Virus record (IMG/VR): IMGVR_UViG_3300006641_004726
Span: 1 to 53,015 of that record
Length of the DNA: 53,015 nucleotides
Reading direction: 5' to 3' (one strand)
DNA from: a virus
Taxonomy: Duplodnaviria; Caudoviricetes
Part shown: piece by piece, positions 1 through 9,247 of the stretch
Layout: every line of letters starts with the position of its first letter
Numbering within the stretch: position 1 is the first letter of the stretch
The notes under the pieces: generated by a model
Databases searched by the model: none
What the model was told of the DNA's origin: nothing
The model's input: the letters and a program-made list of their open reading frames with translations, nothing else
Position numbers and translations under genes: made by a program

Positions 1-648
1 CTTCCTGTTCGAGGAGATGATGACCTGACCAGCTTTGCCGGCCTGCTCGATGTGGGAGTCGATCAGGGCGTTGGCGTCCTGGATCGCCATCCAGAGCTTG
101 GCGTTGTTGACGTTGATCGCCGCGCCGTCGTCGATGTTCGTGAGTTGGATGGCCTCCTTCAGGCCATAGGCCATGATGAAGTCGTCCGGTGTCGCATTCC
201 GAGGATCAGGGTTGCGATTCTGGTACGGGAAGCCGTAGCCACCGATTGTGTGGCCGAGGTTCGACTGCTGGACCCAGCCGTTAGCGTTCTCGTCGTACGC
301 CACCTTGTTGGTGGCGGGCACACGATGAAAGGCGCGTACGGCCGCCCGTTTGAGGGTGGTCGCAGTCGCGCCAGCGGGCGTCGGCCCTCTCAGGCAGACA
401 TTCAGGTTGGTAGGAGGCTCATAGCTGACGAACACCTCATCGAGCTGGCTCAGGTTCTCAGCCAGTCCCAGAGCGACTACCGTGTCGCTCGAATAGAGCA
501 TCGTCGAGATGACGACTTGGCCGTAGTTCACGGTCCACGCCGTGATAGGCACTACGACATTGGTGTCGAGAGGCTCGGTGAAATAGATGAGCAGAGTTCG
601 TTGGTTCGTGACCTCGATCTGACTGACTTGTGGAGTGAGCACGGACAC
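1..648 (-). CDS. Head-tail adaptor (Mu gp36/DUF1320-like) with N-terminal Ig/SwmB-like extension; runs off the window
   Basis: Absent from the ORF track. My translation from GTG 648 is open to base 1: MSVLTPQVSQIEV...TLLIYFTEPLD...NATPDDFIMAYGLKEAIQLTNIDD...AIQDANALIDSHI, a gp36-like pattern. A GGGTAAAAC motif lies upstream. Confidence 0.7.
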   Translation of the reverse strand, partial: MSVLTPQVSQIEVTNQRTLLIYFTEPLDTNVVVPITAWTVNYGQVVISTMLYSSDTVVALGLAENLSQLDEVFVSYEPPTNLNVCLRGPTPAGATATTLKRAAVRAFHRVPATNKVAYDENANGWVQQSNLGHTIGGYGFPYQNRNPDPRNATPDDFIMAYGLKEAIQLTNIDDGAAINVNNAKLWMAIQDANALIDSHIEQAGKAGQVIISSNRK

Positions 649-668
649 ACTTCTTCTGTGAGTGTGTT

Positions 669-1211
669 TTACCCCTCTCCGGGGACCCACTGTGGGGTCT
701 TGACCAGGTACGGATCGTAGTGTCCACCGAGAGGGAGGAACCGCTCAGACTGCCAGAATGCGATCGGATCTTTCACCACACGGAAGACGATCCCACGCCC
801 GGGCCGATACAGGCAGTTGGTGAGGTAGTTGAGACCGAGGCGGATCGGCCAGTCGTCCCTCCAGTTATAGTTCTGCCATGCCACGATGGTGATGAGCTTG
901 TCCTGAACCTCATACTCGATCGAGGCCACCTCGTTGTTGAACAGCTCGTGCTTGTTGCCCGGTGGCTCGTCGAAGAGCTTGATCTTGAGAGAACGGAACT
1001 GAGTGGGCACGGCCGTGTCAGCGGGCTTGCTGTAGTAGCCGGCGAGGATCCCCTCGGTGACGAGAGGGAAGTCCTCCACGTAGGTGTAGGCCGGGTAGTA
1101 CTCGTCAGGGTCGTACACGGCGAAGCCCGTGGCGAACTCTGTCACCTCGTACTCGAGGACGTCCTCGTAGTACCACTGCTGAGTGTAGCGGCTGGGCTTG
1201 CGAATGGCCAT
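669..1211 (-). CDS. Hypothetical protein in virion module (180 aa)
   Basis: ATG 1211 (MAIRKPSRY) lies 2 nt after the upstream stop. The longer ORF-track start overlaps the spike gene. Confidence 0.7.
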   Translation of the reverse strand: MAIRKPSRYTQQWYYEDVLEYEVTEFATGFAVYDPDEYYPAYTYVEDFPLVTEGILAGYYSKPADTAVPTQFRSLKIKLFDEPPGNKHELFNNEVASIEYEVQDKLITIVAWQNYNWRDDWPIRLGLNYLTNCLYRPGRGIVFRVVKDPIAFWQSERFLPLGGHYDPYLVKTPQWVPGEG

Positions 1212-1213
1212 AG

Positions 1214-1891
1214 TTAGGTCGTAGCGTGAGTATCGTCGTGCACCGTGTATTCGGCGTCTCCATCGGAGTCCGGATCCTGGGAGTCGTGAATGTGAAGGCG
1301 ATCCATGAGGTTCACCCACTTGTAGCCGCCAGATCTCTTCAAGCAGACCGTACACCAGTCCATCCCATCGAAACCATTCAGCTCCACAATGGCAAGACCA
1401 GCGTTCTCCTCGTTGCACGGCGGCATCTCACCGCTGCCGTAGCATGGGAGACGCACCATGGTTCCGGTGTTTGGCTGCTTGGTCTTCTCGGTGAGTACGC
1501 CCTCGTCCCAGAGGACGTCGTCGAGGACCGCGTACTGATACTGGCCGTCAGTGGCGTTGATGTTCACGCGCAGCCCTATCAGACGCTTCGGCTGCTTGCC
1601 CTTGAAAGCTGGCTTGCAGTCGACCCAGTGGCTGATGGTCTGCTTCCCCTCACGTTTCCCGTAGGAGTTGGAACCCTCGATCTGGGGCTTCTTCGGGTTC
1701 ATGTCGTCGAACACGACCTTGACCCGACCGCGCTCCTCAGGGTCGTCCACATCGACGATTGTGCCGCGAATGGTTCCTTTTGGGCCTGCGGCTGTGCTGT
1801 TGATTGCGTCCTGGTTTGCGTGGTAGCTAGCCAGGGCCTGAACCAGGGGGTTCGTCTCGAGTTTCGGCCTAGACGCATTGCCTGAGAACAT
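1214..1891 (-). CDS. Baseplate central spike (gp5/gpV/VgrG OB-fold)
   Basis: RGTIVDVDDPEERGRVKVVF OB-fold signature and a C-terminal HxH (LHIHD) apex metal motif. Confidence 0.75.
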   Translation of the reverse strand: MFSGNASRPKLETNPLVQALASYHANQDAINSTAAGPKGTIRGTIVDVDDPEERGRVKVVFDDMNPKKPQIEGSNSYGKREGKQTISHWVDCKPAFKGKQPKRLIGLRVNINATDGQYQYAVLDDVLWDEGVLTEKTKQPNTGTMVRLPCYGSGEMPPCNEENAGLAIVELNGFDGMDWCTVCLKRSGGYKWVNLMDRLHIHDSQDPDSDGDAEYTVHDDTHATT

Positions 1892-1893
1892 AA

Positions 1894-2265
1894 TCAGCCT
1901 CGACGATCGGATCCACGGCGGCCTCGTGCGACACGAGCCACCTTATGCTGGGGTTTGGGAGCAGCCGCGGTGTGGACGGTTGGAGGAATGTAGCCCGTCT
2001 CCTTAGCAGGGTGGCGAACCTCCTGCTTGTAGAAGCCCGGGTCGAAGAAGTCCGCGACACCCTTCTCTTCCTCAGCCTTCTGCAAAGCCTCAAATGTGTC
2101 AGCAGCAGCCATGGCCAGGAAGACCTCGATGGCTTTCTCCTCCTCTTCAGGAGTCTCCTCAGCTTGGACCTCAGCCTCGCGTTCGGCTGCCACTTCGAGC
2201 ATCTCCTCGTGGGTTGGCTCGGGGTTGGATTGGGTTGTCGATGGGCGACGGCGACGTGTAGCCAT
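1894..2265 (-). CDS. Small acidic protein with Arg-rich termini
   Basis: MATRRRR start, Glu-rich middle, RGRRGSDRRG end. Fits exactly between its neighbours. Confidence 0.65.
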   Translation of the reverse strand: MATRRRRPSTTQSNPEPTHEEMLEVAAEREAEVQAEETPEEEEKAIEVFLAMAAADTFEALQKAEEEKGVADFFDPGFYKQEVRHPAKETGYIPPTVHTAAAPKPQHKVARVARGRRGSDRRG

Positions 2266-2266
2266 G

Positions 2267-5200
2267 TCAGTTCAGTACGTATAGTGTTTGGTTCTCGACC
2301 AGTGGTTCGCGCCAGGCGACGTCCTGGCTCTGGTCGAAGAAACCGTCCTCGGCGGCGGCGAGGTCGGCGGCGAAATAGGCGTAGCCCACTTTGCAGTTGT
2401 TGGGGTTTTCATCGTAGCTCACATCGCTCTCGGGACAGAGAGGAGGGAACTTGTAGATGCTGGCGTCCCACACCGGAGCAGCGACCGGTATGACAGATTT
2501 TATCCTAAGATCGCGCTCGAGGAAGCCGGAAAGATACCCAGTGCCTGTAGGTTCAACGTAGACGCCTCTCCAGTCTCCAGAAGGAAACACCTGTCGGTAA
2601 TGTAGTGGCTCGTACTCGGCTATGTCGGCTTGGGCCCACTGGTCTCCCTGGATCTGAGGAGTATAGTCGAAATCAGCGTCTGAGTATTCCCCGACATTTG
2701 GCGTTGCTGAGAAGAAGTTGGAGAGGACAGAGATTCCCTCCACATCTGAGTAGATGAAAGGTTCGCTGTAGAGCACTGTTCCAACCGATGGGTCTTGCCG
2801 TTTGAAGATGACTTCTTCAAAGATCTGCGGAGTCTGTAGATTTGATGGGCATTCCATCTCTTTGAGGGCTCCAGACGTCCCGGCATAGGTGAAGTCCTGG
2901 ACTGAGGCCTGGGACTGCGACCACTTGACCCCGTCTCTCCCGTACTCCGAGGGAAGTCGGATGAAAGATCTGGTCCAGTCCTCGTCACCAGGGCCATTAT
3001 TGGAGTCGGCTCTGAGAGGATTGGCGTAGGCTTTTGTCGCTATGGTTTTCTCATCGCAAACCTCGAGAGACTCAGTGCGCCAAGGCCTCAGCACGCTCCC
3101 CGCATTTTGCACTGCGGGAGCAATGAAGAACCTCGTATTAGAGAACACCCTGTCGGTGATGGACACTGGAGGGTAAACAATCGCACTTGGGCCTACCCAG
3201 AGGGATGGCTGACTCTGGACCCCAGCTGGAGATAGAGCCTCGTAGTGGAAGATGTACGCGCATTCGAAGACGTCGATCTCGTACCAGATTGTGTAGTCTT
3301 CCGTTGAGTAGTGGACACTGGGCTCAAGTGCCACAAACTCGTCCGTGACATAGACGGTGAGCACTGTGAAGTCGGGTATTGGATTGGGATACTCTGAGAA
3401 CGGCCACCCGGTGTCGTACACAAGCGAAGAGTCCCAGTTGACCTCCACCCACGCCGGGTTGAAAGTGAGACCTTCATAGTACATCGCTATGCCCGGGGTT
3501 ACCGGATCTTGCCACAGATCACCATTGTCTAGATTACACGAACCAGTGGTTAGGACGGGCTTGAGGGGGAAATAGTCGCAGTCCGGAGTCCCTAGCTGAC
3601 AGGGAGAGATCGGAGCATCGATCTCGATCCACACTTTGTTGCGGTCACCGTCGAGGTAGAGCACTGAGAGCGCACCGACTTCGTTGTTCCAATAATAGTC
3701 CCCGACCTTTGCCAATGCAGGCGGTGAGTCACCAACGTAGATCTGCTTACCAGTCACCTGGTGGAGCATCCAATCGAAGTTGATTGGCTCTCTTACCGGC
3801 TCAAGGAACAGTGCCTCCTGCTCGTTGAAACCGTGGATGTCCAACGAGTCAAAGCACAGGTCCAGGGGTCTTGCTCCGCCCTTCGCCCCCCATGCTCCCC
3901 TGAAGTTGTTGAGGACTCCGAGCTCGTCGTAGGGGATTGATGTGACCTCCTCAGGGCGAGCCTTGAAGTCGTTACTGATGTCTATGGTGCTCTGAGTCGT
4001 GCCATTCACCGACAGGACCGTGATCCTGGGCACGAAATACTCACCCTCATCCGTGAGCGCCGTGTAAGTGACGTACAGATACCCGCCATCCACACTCCAG
4101 TTGATTGCGTAGCTCGGGGTTTGGTAGACTTGCGGGATGACTCGGCCGTCAACCAGAACCTCAAGGTTGGAGTTGTATGCTGGTGTGAAGATGGACTGGA
4201 AGAGAGACTGGTTGAAGAACTCGACCTCGTACCATTCCGGGTCGGTGACAAACGGGTCATTGTAGTAGAACCCATCGTCTTCTAGCGTGCCGTTGTAGAT
4301 CCAGAACCCGTCTTCGAGGTAGCTCGGGTAGTGGATGTGGAAGTTGTCTGGGTCGAACAGGTACAGACCTTGAACGTTCTGGGACGAGGGGTCAATGTAG
4401 AAGAACCCATCGATGATCCCGTTCGGGAAGAAGTAGTAAAAGTCTTGGAGACGGTAGCCTGCGTCCCAGACGTACGTGCGTCCAGTGGGGTCCTGCCAGA
4501 TGTTTCCTGGGGTGTAGTCGTAAACAACAGGAGGCGGAGCCGCGCTCCCTTTGAGTGCGATGGCAGTTCCTGCGGTGCCAACACTGACCCACTGGCCGCC
4601 GTTTAAGGCGTAGACGGTCTGAGAACCAGCGTCGAACCAAAGCGGGTTGTCTCCTAGTGGGGTGTTGTCGCCCACATGGAGGCGTGTGCCCAAGGAGTAG
4701 TTGAGACCTGCGGTGTCATAAGATTTGCTGATCTTGTAGACGTCTAGGATTGGGTTGAAGCCCTGCCCAGCCTGACCCCAGTCTGAGGGGTCTGTCCACT
4801 GAATAACCTGAATCTCCGCAGTCGCAATCGACTTCTTGGACTGTGACGCGTAGGCCCAGACGAGAAACAGACTGTTTCCAATCGCTTCAGGTGGAACATA
4901 CAGCTGCCACAGTCCCTTCGATTCGATCCACTCACACTCGACCCACGGTACGAACGAGACATTGTCAATCGAAAGGTAAACCGCACGGTCGAAGTAGTAG
5001 TAGGAACCGCCGTAGAACTGGAGGTTCTTGTACGGGACCAGAATGTTGTTCTGCGAGAATGGCGACAGAACCAGGTCGTAGTAGTCGTAGAACTGGGTGG
5101 TTCGAGTCAGGTTGCCAGTCGAGCACCGGAAGTCGGCGTCACCACTAGCGTAGGCCTCAGCGCGGTAGAAGGGGAATGGCCTATTCTGTGGGCAGTCCAC

Positions 5201-5653
5201 CTTGACGGCCGCGCCTCCCTCGAGGAGGGAGAGAATCTCCGCGCTGAGGGTTCCGACGTTGACTGCGAGGCGTGTGCCGTCTGCTTCCTCAGTGACTTCA
5301 TAGATGTAGGCTTGACGGTCGCCGATGATGACTCGCTGCCCCACCTCGATGTTCGGCTTGAACTCGGTGACGAGAACATTCTCCCAGCTGCGAATCTCAA
5401 GCAGCCTGAGGAGCGTGTAGCCGTTGTAGACGCCGAAGGTCCCACCGAGGATGGCTCGCTTCTGGTGGACAGTCTGTGGGAGGTTCGTCCAGTAGTTCTG
5501 CCCAGACCAGCCCAGAGCTTGGGCGACCCAGTCCAACTGCTGGTTGACGCGATCGGTCGCCTGGACGATGGCAGTCTGCTGCTCGTCAGAGACGAAAGTC
5601 GGAAGCTCATCCCGGAGCTCGAACTGTTCTGGGCTGAAAACTGGCTTTGCCAT
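2267..5653 (-). CDS. Large virion structural protein (tail fibre/baseplate-associated, 1128 aa)
   Basis: Recurrent G(D/N)-x-W-x-D...W modules (GNIWQDP, GDYYWNN, GDLWQDP) typical of phage fibres; baseplate context. Confidence 0.6.
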   Translation of the reverse strand: MAKPVFSPEQFELRDELPTFVSDEQQTAIVQATDRVNQQLDWVAQALGWSGQNYWTNLPQTVHQKRAILGGTFGVYNGYTLLRLLEIRSWENVLVTEFKPNIEVGQRVIIGDRQAYIYEVTEEADGTRLAVNVGTLSAEILSLLEGGAAVKVDCPQNRPFPFYRAEAYASGDADFRCSTGNLTRTTQFYDYYDLVLSPFSQNNILVPYKNLQFYGGSYYYFDRAVYLSIDNVSFVPWVECEWIESKGLWQLYVPPEAIGNSLFLVWAYASQSKKSIATAEIQVIQWTDPSDWGQAGQGFNPILDVYKISKSYDTAGLNYSLGTRLHVGDNTPLGDNPLWFDAGSQTVYALNGGQWVSVGTAGTAIALKGSAAPPPVVYDYTPGNIWQDPTGRTYVWDAGYRLQDFYYFFPNGIIDGFFYIDPSSQNVQGLYLFDPDNFHIHYPSYLEDGFWIYNGTLEDDGFYYNDPFVTDPEWYEVEFFNQSLFQSIFTPAYNSNLEVLVDGRVIPQVYQTPSYAINWSVDGGYLYVTYTALTDEGEYFVPRITVLSVNGTTQSTIDISNDFKARPEEVTSIPYDELGVLNNFRGAWGAKGGARPLDLCFDSLDIHGFNEQEALFLEPVREPINFDWMLHQVTGKQIYVGDSPPALAKVGDYYWNNEVGALSVLYLDGDRNKVWIEIDAPISPCQLGTPDCDYFPLKPVLTTGSCNLDNGDLWQDPVTPGIAMYYEGLTFNPAWVEVNWDSSLVYDTGWPFSEYPNPIPDFTVLTVYVTDEFVALEPSVHYSTEDYTIWYEIDVFECAYIFHYEALSPAGVQSQPSLWVGPSAIVYPPVSITDRVFSNTRFFIAPAVQNAGSVLRPWRTESLEVCDEKTIATKAYANPLRADSNNGPGDEDWTRSFIRLPSEYGRDGVKWSQSQASVQDFTYAGTSGALKEMECPSNLQTPQIFEEVIFKRQDPSVGTVLYSEPFIYSDVEGISVLSNFFSATPNVGEYSDADFDYTPQIQGDQWAQADIAEYEPLHYRQVFPSGDWRGVYVEPTGTGYLSGFLERDLRIKSVIPVAAPVWDASIYKFPPLCPESDVSYDENPNNCKVGYAYFAADLAAAEDGFFDQSQDVAWREPLVENQTLYVLN

Positions 5654-6594
5654 CAGGGGTTGGGTGCGTTATAGGTGAACGGAAGCTCTTTGTAGATTTG
5701 CAGCTGGGCGTCAGCAGGGAAGCCGAACTGGGCTTCAGGAGAGAGATTACCGGTCGGGCTGGCCACGCCTGGGAACTGCCAGGGCACGACACCGTCGGCA
5801 AAGACGTTGTTGCCGAAGACCCACAGTTGGACTTTACCTCTCCAGCGTGGGTAGAGGTCAATCCAACCCCCGCAGGTGTCCCAACCTGTTTGTGTGCCTG
5901 CAGAGATGACATTGTTTAGGATGGAGACCTCGGGGAACGGGTACGGAGGGAAGTCGGGAGTCTTGGTCTGAGTCAGAGGGATGCCAAACTGACTGAAGGA
6001 GTAGTAGAAGGGAGGCTCCCAAACGAAAGGAATGCCCTGAGCCTCCTGGTCTGGCTTCCAGGTGAAGTTGAGCCACATATAGAAGTTGCCACCGGACCAC
6101 ATGTCGTCGGGGATAGCCATGCTGTTGAGCCAAGGCCCGATGTTCAGTCCAATCTGAGGGGCCACGTTGTCTGGGCAGATGGCTGACTGCGGAATGACAC
6201 CTTGCGACCAGCCGTTGACACGAAGTGTGGGCGTATTGCCGAAGTAGGGGAGCAGGGTGGCGTTGTAGATGTCGAAGTCTTCGCCGATCTTGAGGTCCAC
6301 CTCATTGCCGAAGATGTCTTGAATGTTGCCGATCTTTGCGTAGACTCCCAGAGCCCCGTCAGCAAAGGGACTGACTTGGACCGTGTAGCTCAGCTGGTCA
6401 GGCACGTACTGGATTGGAGCCACAGCCATCTGGCCGAAGATCTCATTCGGGCGAGTCGGGCTCTTGCCGTAGAAGACCAGTTTGAAGTCCTCGGTCACGA
6501 CGACGGGGTGATCAAACTGCTGCACGATCGTCATGACCTGTGGCCACGACCCGACCTGTGCTTCAGTTACGGTGGTTGAGAGAAGGGTGGCCAT
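5653..6594 (-). CDS. Putative baseplate/tail structural protein (313 aa)
   Basis: Stop/start overlaps with both neighbours; Pro- and aromatic-rich beta-type composition. Confidence 0.55.
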   Translation of the reverse strand: MATLLSTTVTEAQVGSWPQVMTIVQQFDHPVVVTEDFKLVFYGKSPTRPNEIFGQMAVAPIQYVPDQLSYTVQVSPFADGALGVYAKIGNIQDIFGNEVDLKIGEDFDIYNATLLPYFGNTPTLRVNGWSQGVIPQSAICPDNVAPQIGLNIGPWLNSMAIPDDMWSGGNFYMWLNFTWKPDQEAQGIPFVWEPPFYYSFSQFGIPLTQTKTPDFPPYPFPEVSILNNVISAGTQTGWDTCGGWIDLYPRWRGKVQLWVFGNNVFADGVVPWQFPGVASPTGNLSPEAQFGFPADAQLQIYKELPFTYNAPNP

Positions 6595-7751
6595 TAGGGA
6601 ACAGGTGCGGCGGACGTATAGAGGTAGTTGAGTTGGTAATAGACTTGGATGAGCATTGGAACAGGGTCAGTGGGTTTTGCCAACCGCCACGGAGCCAAGC
6701 AATTATTGTTCACAGAGGAAGCCACTTGGTTGGTCCAGGTTGCGGGCATGTCTTTTAGGGGGTCACCGTTGTAAGGGTTCGCCATAATCCAGCTCTCAAA
6801 GCGACCGATGGCTGAGTTCCTGCCTGAACCCTGGGTCGAGGAGCCGGTCCCGTAGTAAGGGCATGGCCAATAACCATGGTCGAGATTAGCATTCCCACCT
6901 CGAGTGTTGGAGGCCAGTTTGCTCCCGTAGCTGTTTGTTATTGTAGTGTAGTTAAACTCAGCTGTATAGGCAGGGAGCTGAGTAGAAGTAACGTCCTGTC
7001 CACCAAGGCCACAGAAAGTGTATCCGGGTGGTCCGGAGCAGGTTCGAGTGTCGTTCGTACTGTAATAGGGTCCGTAAGGGTAGCTCAAAGGGATAGGACC
7101 ATAACGGCAACCTGCTGCCTGCCAGTACCAAAAGTTACCCCCTTCCCAAGGTAGGAGAGGCTCTACAGGGAAGTCGTTGGTATGGCCAATGATAATGCTT
7201 GCTCCGGTCCATTTATTGCTCTGGGCCACTCCGGTGCAAGTCCACGGGTTGCGAATCCTGGGCAGACCGCGTAGGGGCTGGTTGTAGTCGATGCTTGTGG
7301 TGTCCGTTGGCTTCATCGCGCTGTAGTAGGCAGTGCAGCGGACGCTGTTGAAGATGCCAGGAGCGAGGAGCGCAGACCAGTCTCCCAGGGTCCCGTCAGC
7401 GGCGGTGGCGACCAGAACGAGCGGCTTGTTCCACGACTGGTTCGAGATGCGCAGAGTCCCGTTCATGAAGGGAGACACCTGAAACGACATCTGCATCGTT
7501 GTCGGGCTGAGCATCAGCACGTCTTTTCGCTGGACGAGAGTCTGACCGAGGAAGACTTGTGTAGGGGTGTTCCCATTGTCGACCGGATCGTAGCCCGTAA
7601 TCGTGATGCCCGGAACATCCTCGGTCTCGAAGATGAGATTCGTGATCTCAAAAGACTGAATGGGCTTGCTCCACTCGATGGTGATGACAATCCTCTGGGG
7701 GTAGATGGCGTAAGTGGCGTTGACGGTGACGTTAACGATCCTCATGGTCAC
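6594..7751 (-). CDS. Putative structural/receptor-binding protein (385 aa)
   Basis: Coupled to neighbours; Ig-like N-terminus and a Cys/Tyr/Gly-rich C-terminal domain. Confidence 0.55.
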   Translation of the reverse strand: MTMRIVNVTVNATYAIYPQRIVITIEWSKPIQSFEITNLIFETEDVPGITITGYDPVDNGNTPTQVFLGQTLVQRKDVLMLSPTTMQMSFQVSPFMNGTLRISNQSWNKPLVLVATAADGTLGDWSALLAPGIFNSVRCTAYYSAMKPTDTTSIDYNQPLRGLPRIRNPWTCTGVAQSNKWTGASIIIGHTNDFPVEPLLPWEGGNFWYWQAAGCRYGPIPLSYPYGPYYSTNDTRTCSGPPGYTFCGLGGQDVTSTQLPAYTAEFNYTTITNSYGSKLASNTRGGNANLDHGYWPCPYYGTGSSTQGSGRNSAIGRFESWIMANPYNGDPLKDMPATWTNQVASSVNNNCLAPWRLAKPTDPVPMLIQVYYQLNYLYTSAAPVP

Positions 7752-9247
7752 TCCACTCCAATCGTGATGGCCGTGATCTCAGGATTACCTGGAACACTGA
7801 AGAACGAGACAGACGCATCGGACAGAGAAGTGTCCTCTGGCAGTGGCGGCGTGAATGAGACTGAGGCGCCAATGAAGAGTGTCTGGGTAGGCCGTGGTGG
7901 CTGGGGCGGATAGATCGGCCCCTCGTCGCTAACGTCTATGCCAACAGCCTCGAGGTCAAAGTAGGACGTCCTAAGGAGAGTGGGGGGAGCCATGAATCCC
8001 GGCGCGTACGTGTCCACCTTCGACTTCATCTCAGTCAGCTGTTTGTCCCAGTACTGAGTCAGCCAGTTGGCGACAGGCTCGTAGTCACGCGTGATGATGC
8101 TGCGTATGTCATCCTTCCACAGCTCACCTCCGGGCTTCCTTGCGATCTTGAAATTGTCGACGCTGATGATTGCGAGACGACAGAGAGTCTCATCGTCCGG
8201 AATGCGATTAGTGGGATAAATGCACACTTGAGCCCGAGCACGCGCCGTAGATGGGCGCGTCTCGATGAAGAGAACCCCAGAGACAGTCAGATCGTACGCA
8301 TTGACCTTTGTCCCGTCTGGCCACTCAAGCTTCCACGCTTTTTGAGGCACCATGTCAGTACCGAACTCCCAGTAGTATCCTGTGGTGTCTTTCTGCGCGG
8401 CGTTGGTCTGGACAAGAGCCCAGGGATTTTCAGGATTGTCGACGCCCACGTAGAGGGAGCAAGGCGGGACATCATTGAGGAGTTTGGTCCGGAGCTTAAT
8501 GGTGTTTAGTTTCCACGGGAATTTGGACGCCCACTCCACTGATGCGAGAATCGGCTGTTCATACTCAGGGATCCCCGGTTCCACACCGTTGTTCGGCCCT
8601 GGGACGCGGTTGATAAAATCAGTGTAGTTCTTCCACTCCAACCCGCGGCTTCCCGGCACAAAGAGATTCTGCCCTGGGAAGGGCCACGGGTTAGCCTCGT
8701 CCTCGCTTTGGTTGAAAGCACGAGAAGCGCTATCTGTGACGGTAAAGTCCTGGCCGGCGAGTGAGAAGTCGGCTACCTGGAAAGGCAGGGGCTCAGGCAA
8801 GTCGTCATACAGGAGCTGATACCCTACGAGATAGCGGCCGTCCTGAACGCCAAGCTGGCGCATGTCGATGAACATTTTGTAGACCGAGGTCGTTCCCTGC
8901 TCCCAGACAATAGCGCCATTCTCAATGAGCAGGACCTCGAGGTTTTCCGACTGGTTGACGTACAGTGAGCCTGGGCCAAACTGATCCCCACCAGGCGGAA
9001 TGAGCACGTAGCCGACACCTCCATCAGCGAAGAACTCCAATTGGTACTGCGCTGAGGCAGCAGGAAGCCTCCCATAGACTGGACGCCCACCAGGAACCCA
9101 CTGCGTAGGCTGAAGCTCCAGGTTTTTCACCGCCTTGTAGGGCGCTGAGAGGTACTGGGGCTTGTTGACTTGGGTCGTCGTCGTAATCTGAGGCGTCAAG
9201 CCAATTGTACCAGACGATGTTGGAATCGGTGTGAGTTCCTGGCTCAT
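7748..9247 (-). CDS. Putative baseplate wedge/tail protein (499 aa)
   Basis: ATGA overlap with the baseplate J gene; assigned by position only. Confidence 0.55.
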   Translation of the reverse strand: MSQELTPIPTSSGTIGLTPQITTTTQVNKPQYLSAPYKAVKNLELQPTQWVPGGRPVYGRLPAASAQYQLEFFADGGVGYVLIPPGGDQFGPGSLYVNQSENLEVLLIENGAIVWEQGTTSVYKMFIDMRQLGVQDGRYLVGYQLLYDDLPEPLPFQVADFSLAGQDFTVTDSASRAFNQSEDEANPWPFPGQNLFVPGSRGLEWKNYTDFINRVPGPNNGVEPGIPEYEQPILASVEWASKFPWKLNTIKLRTKLLNDVPPCSLYVGVDNPENPWALVQTNAAQKDTTGYYWEFGTDMVPQKAWKLEWPDGTKVNAYDLTVSGVLFIETRPSTARARAQVCIYPTNRIPDDETLCRLAIISVDNFKIARKPGGELWKDDIRSIITRDYEPVANWLTQYWDKQLTEMKSKVDTYAPGFMAPPTLLRTSYFDLEAVGIDVSDEGPIYPPQPPRPTQTLFIGASVSFTPPLPEDTSLSDASVSFFSVPGNPEITAITIGVE

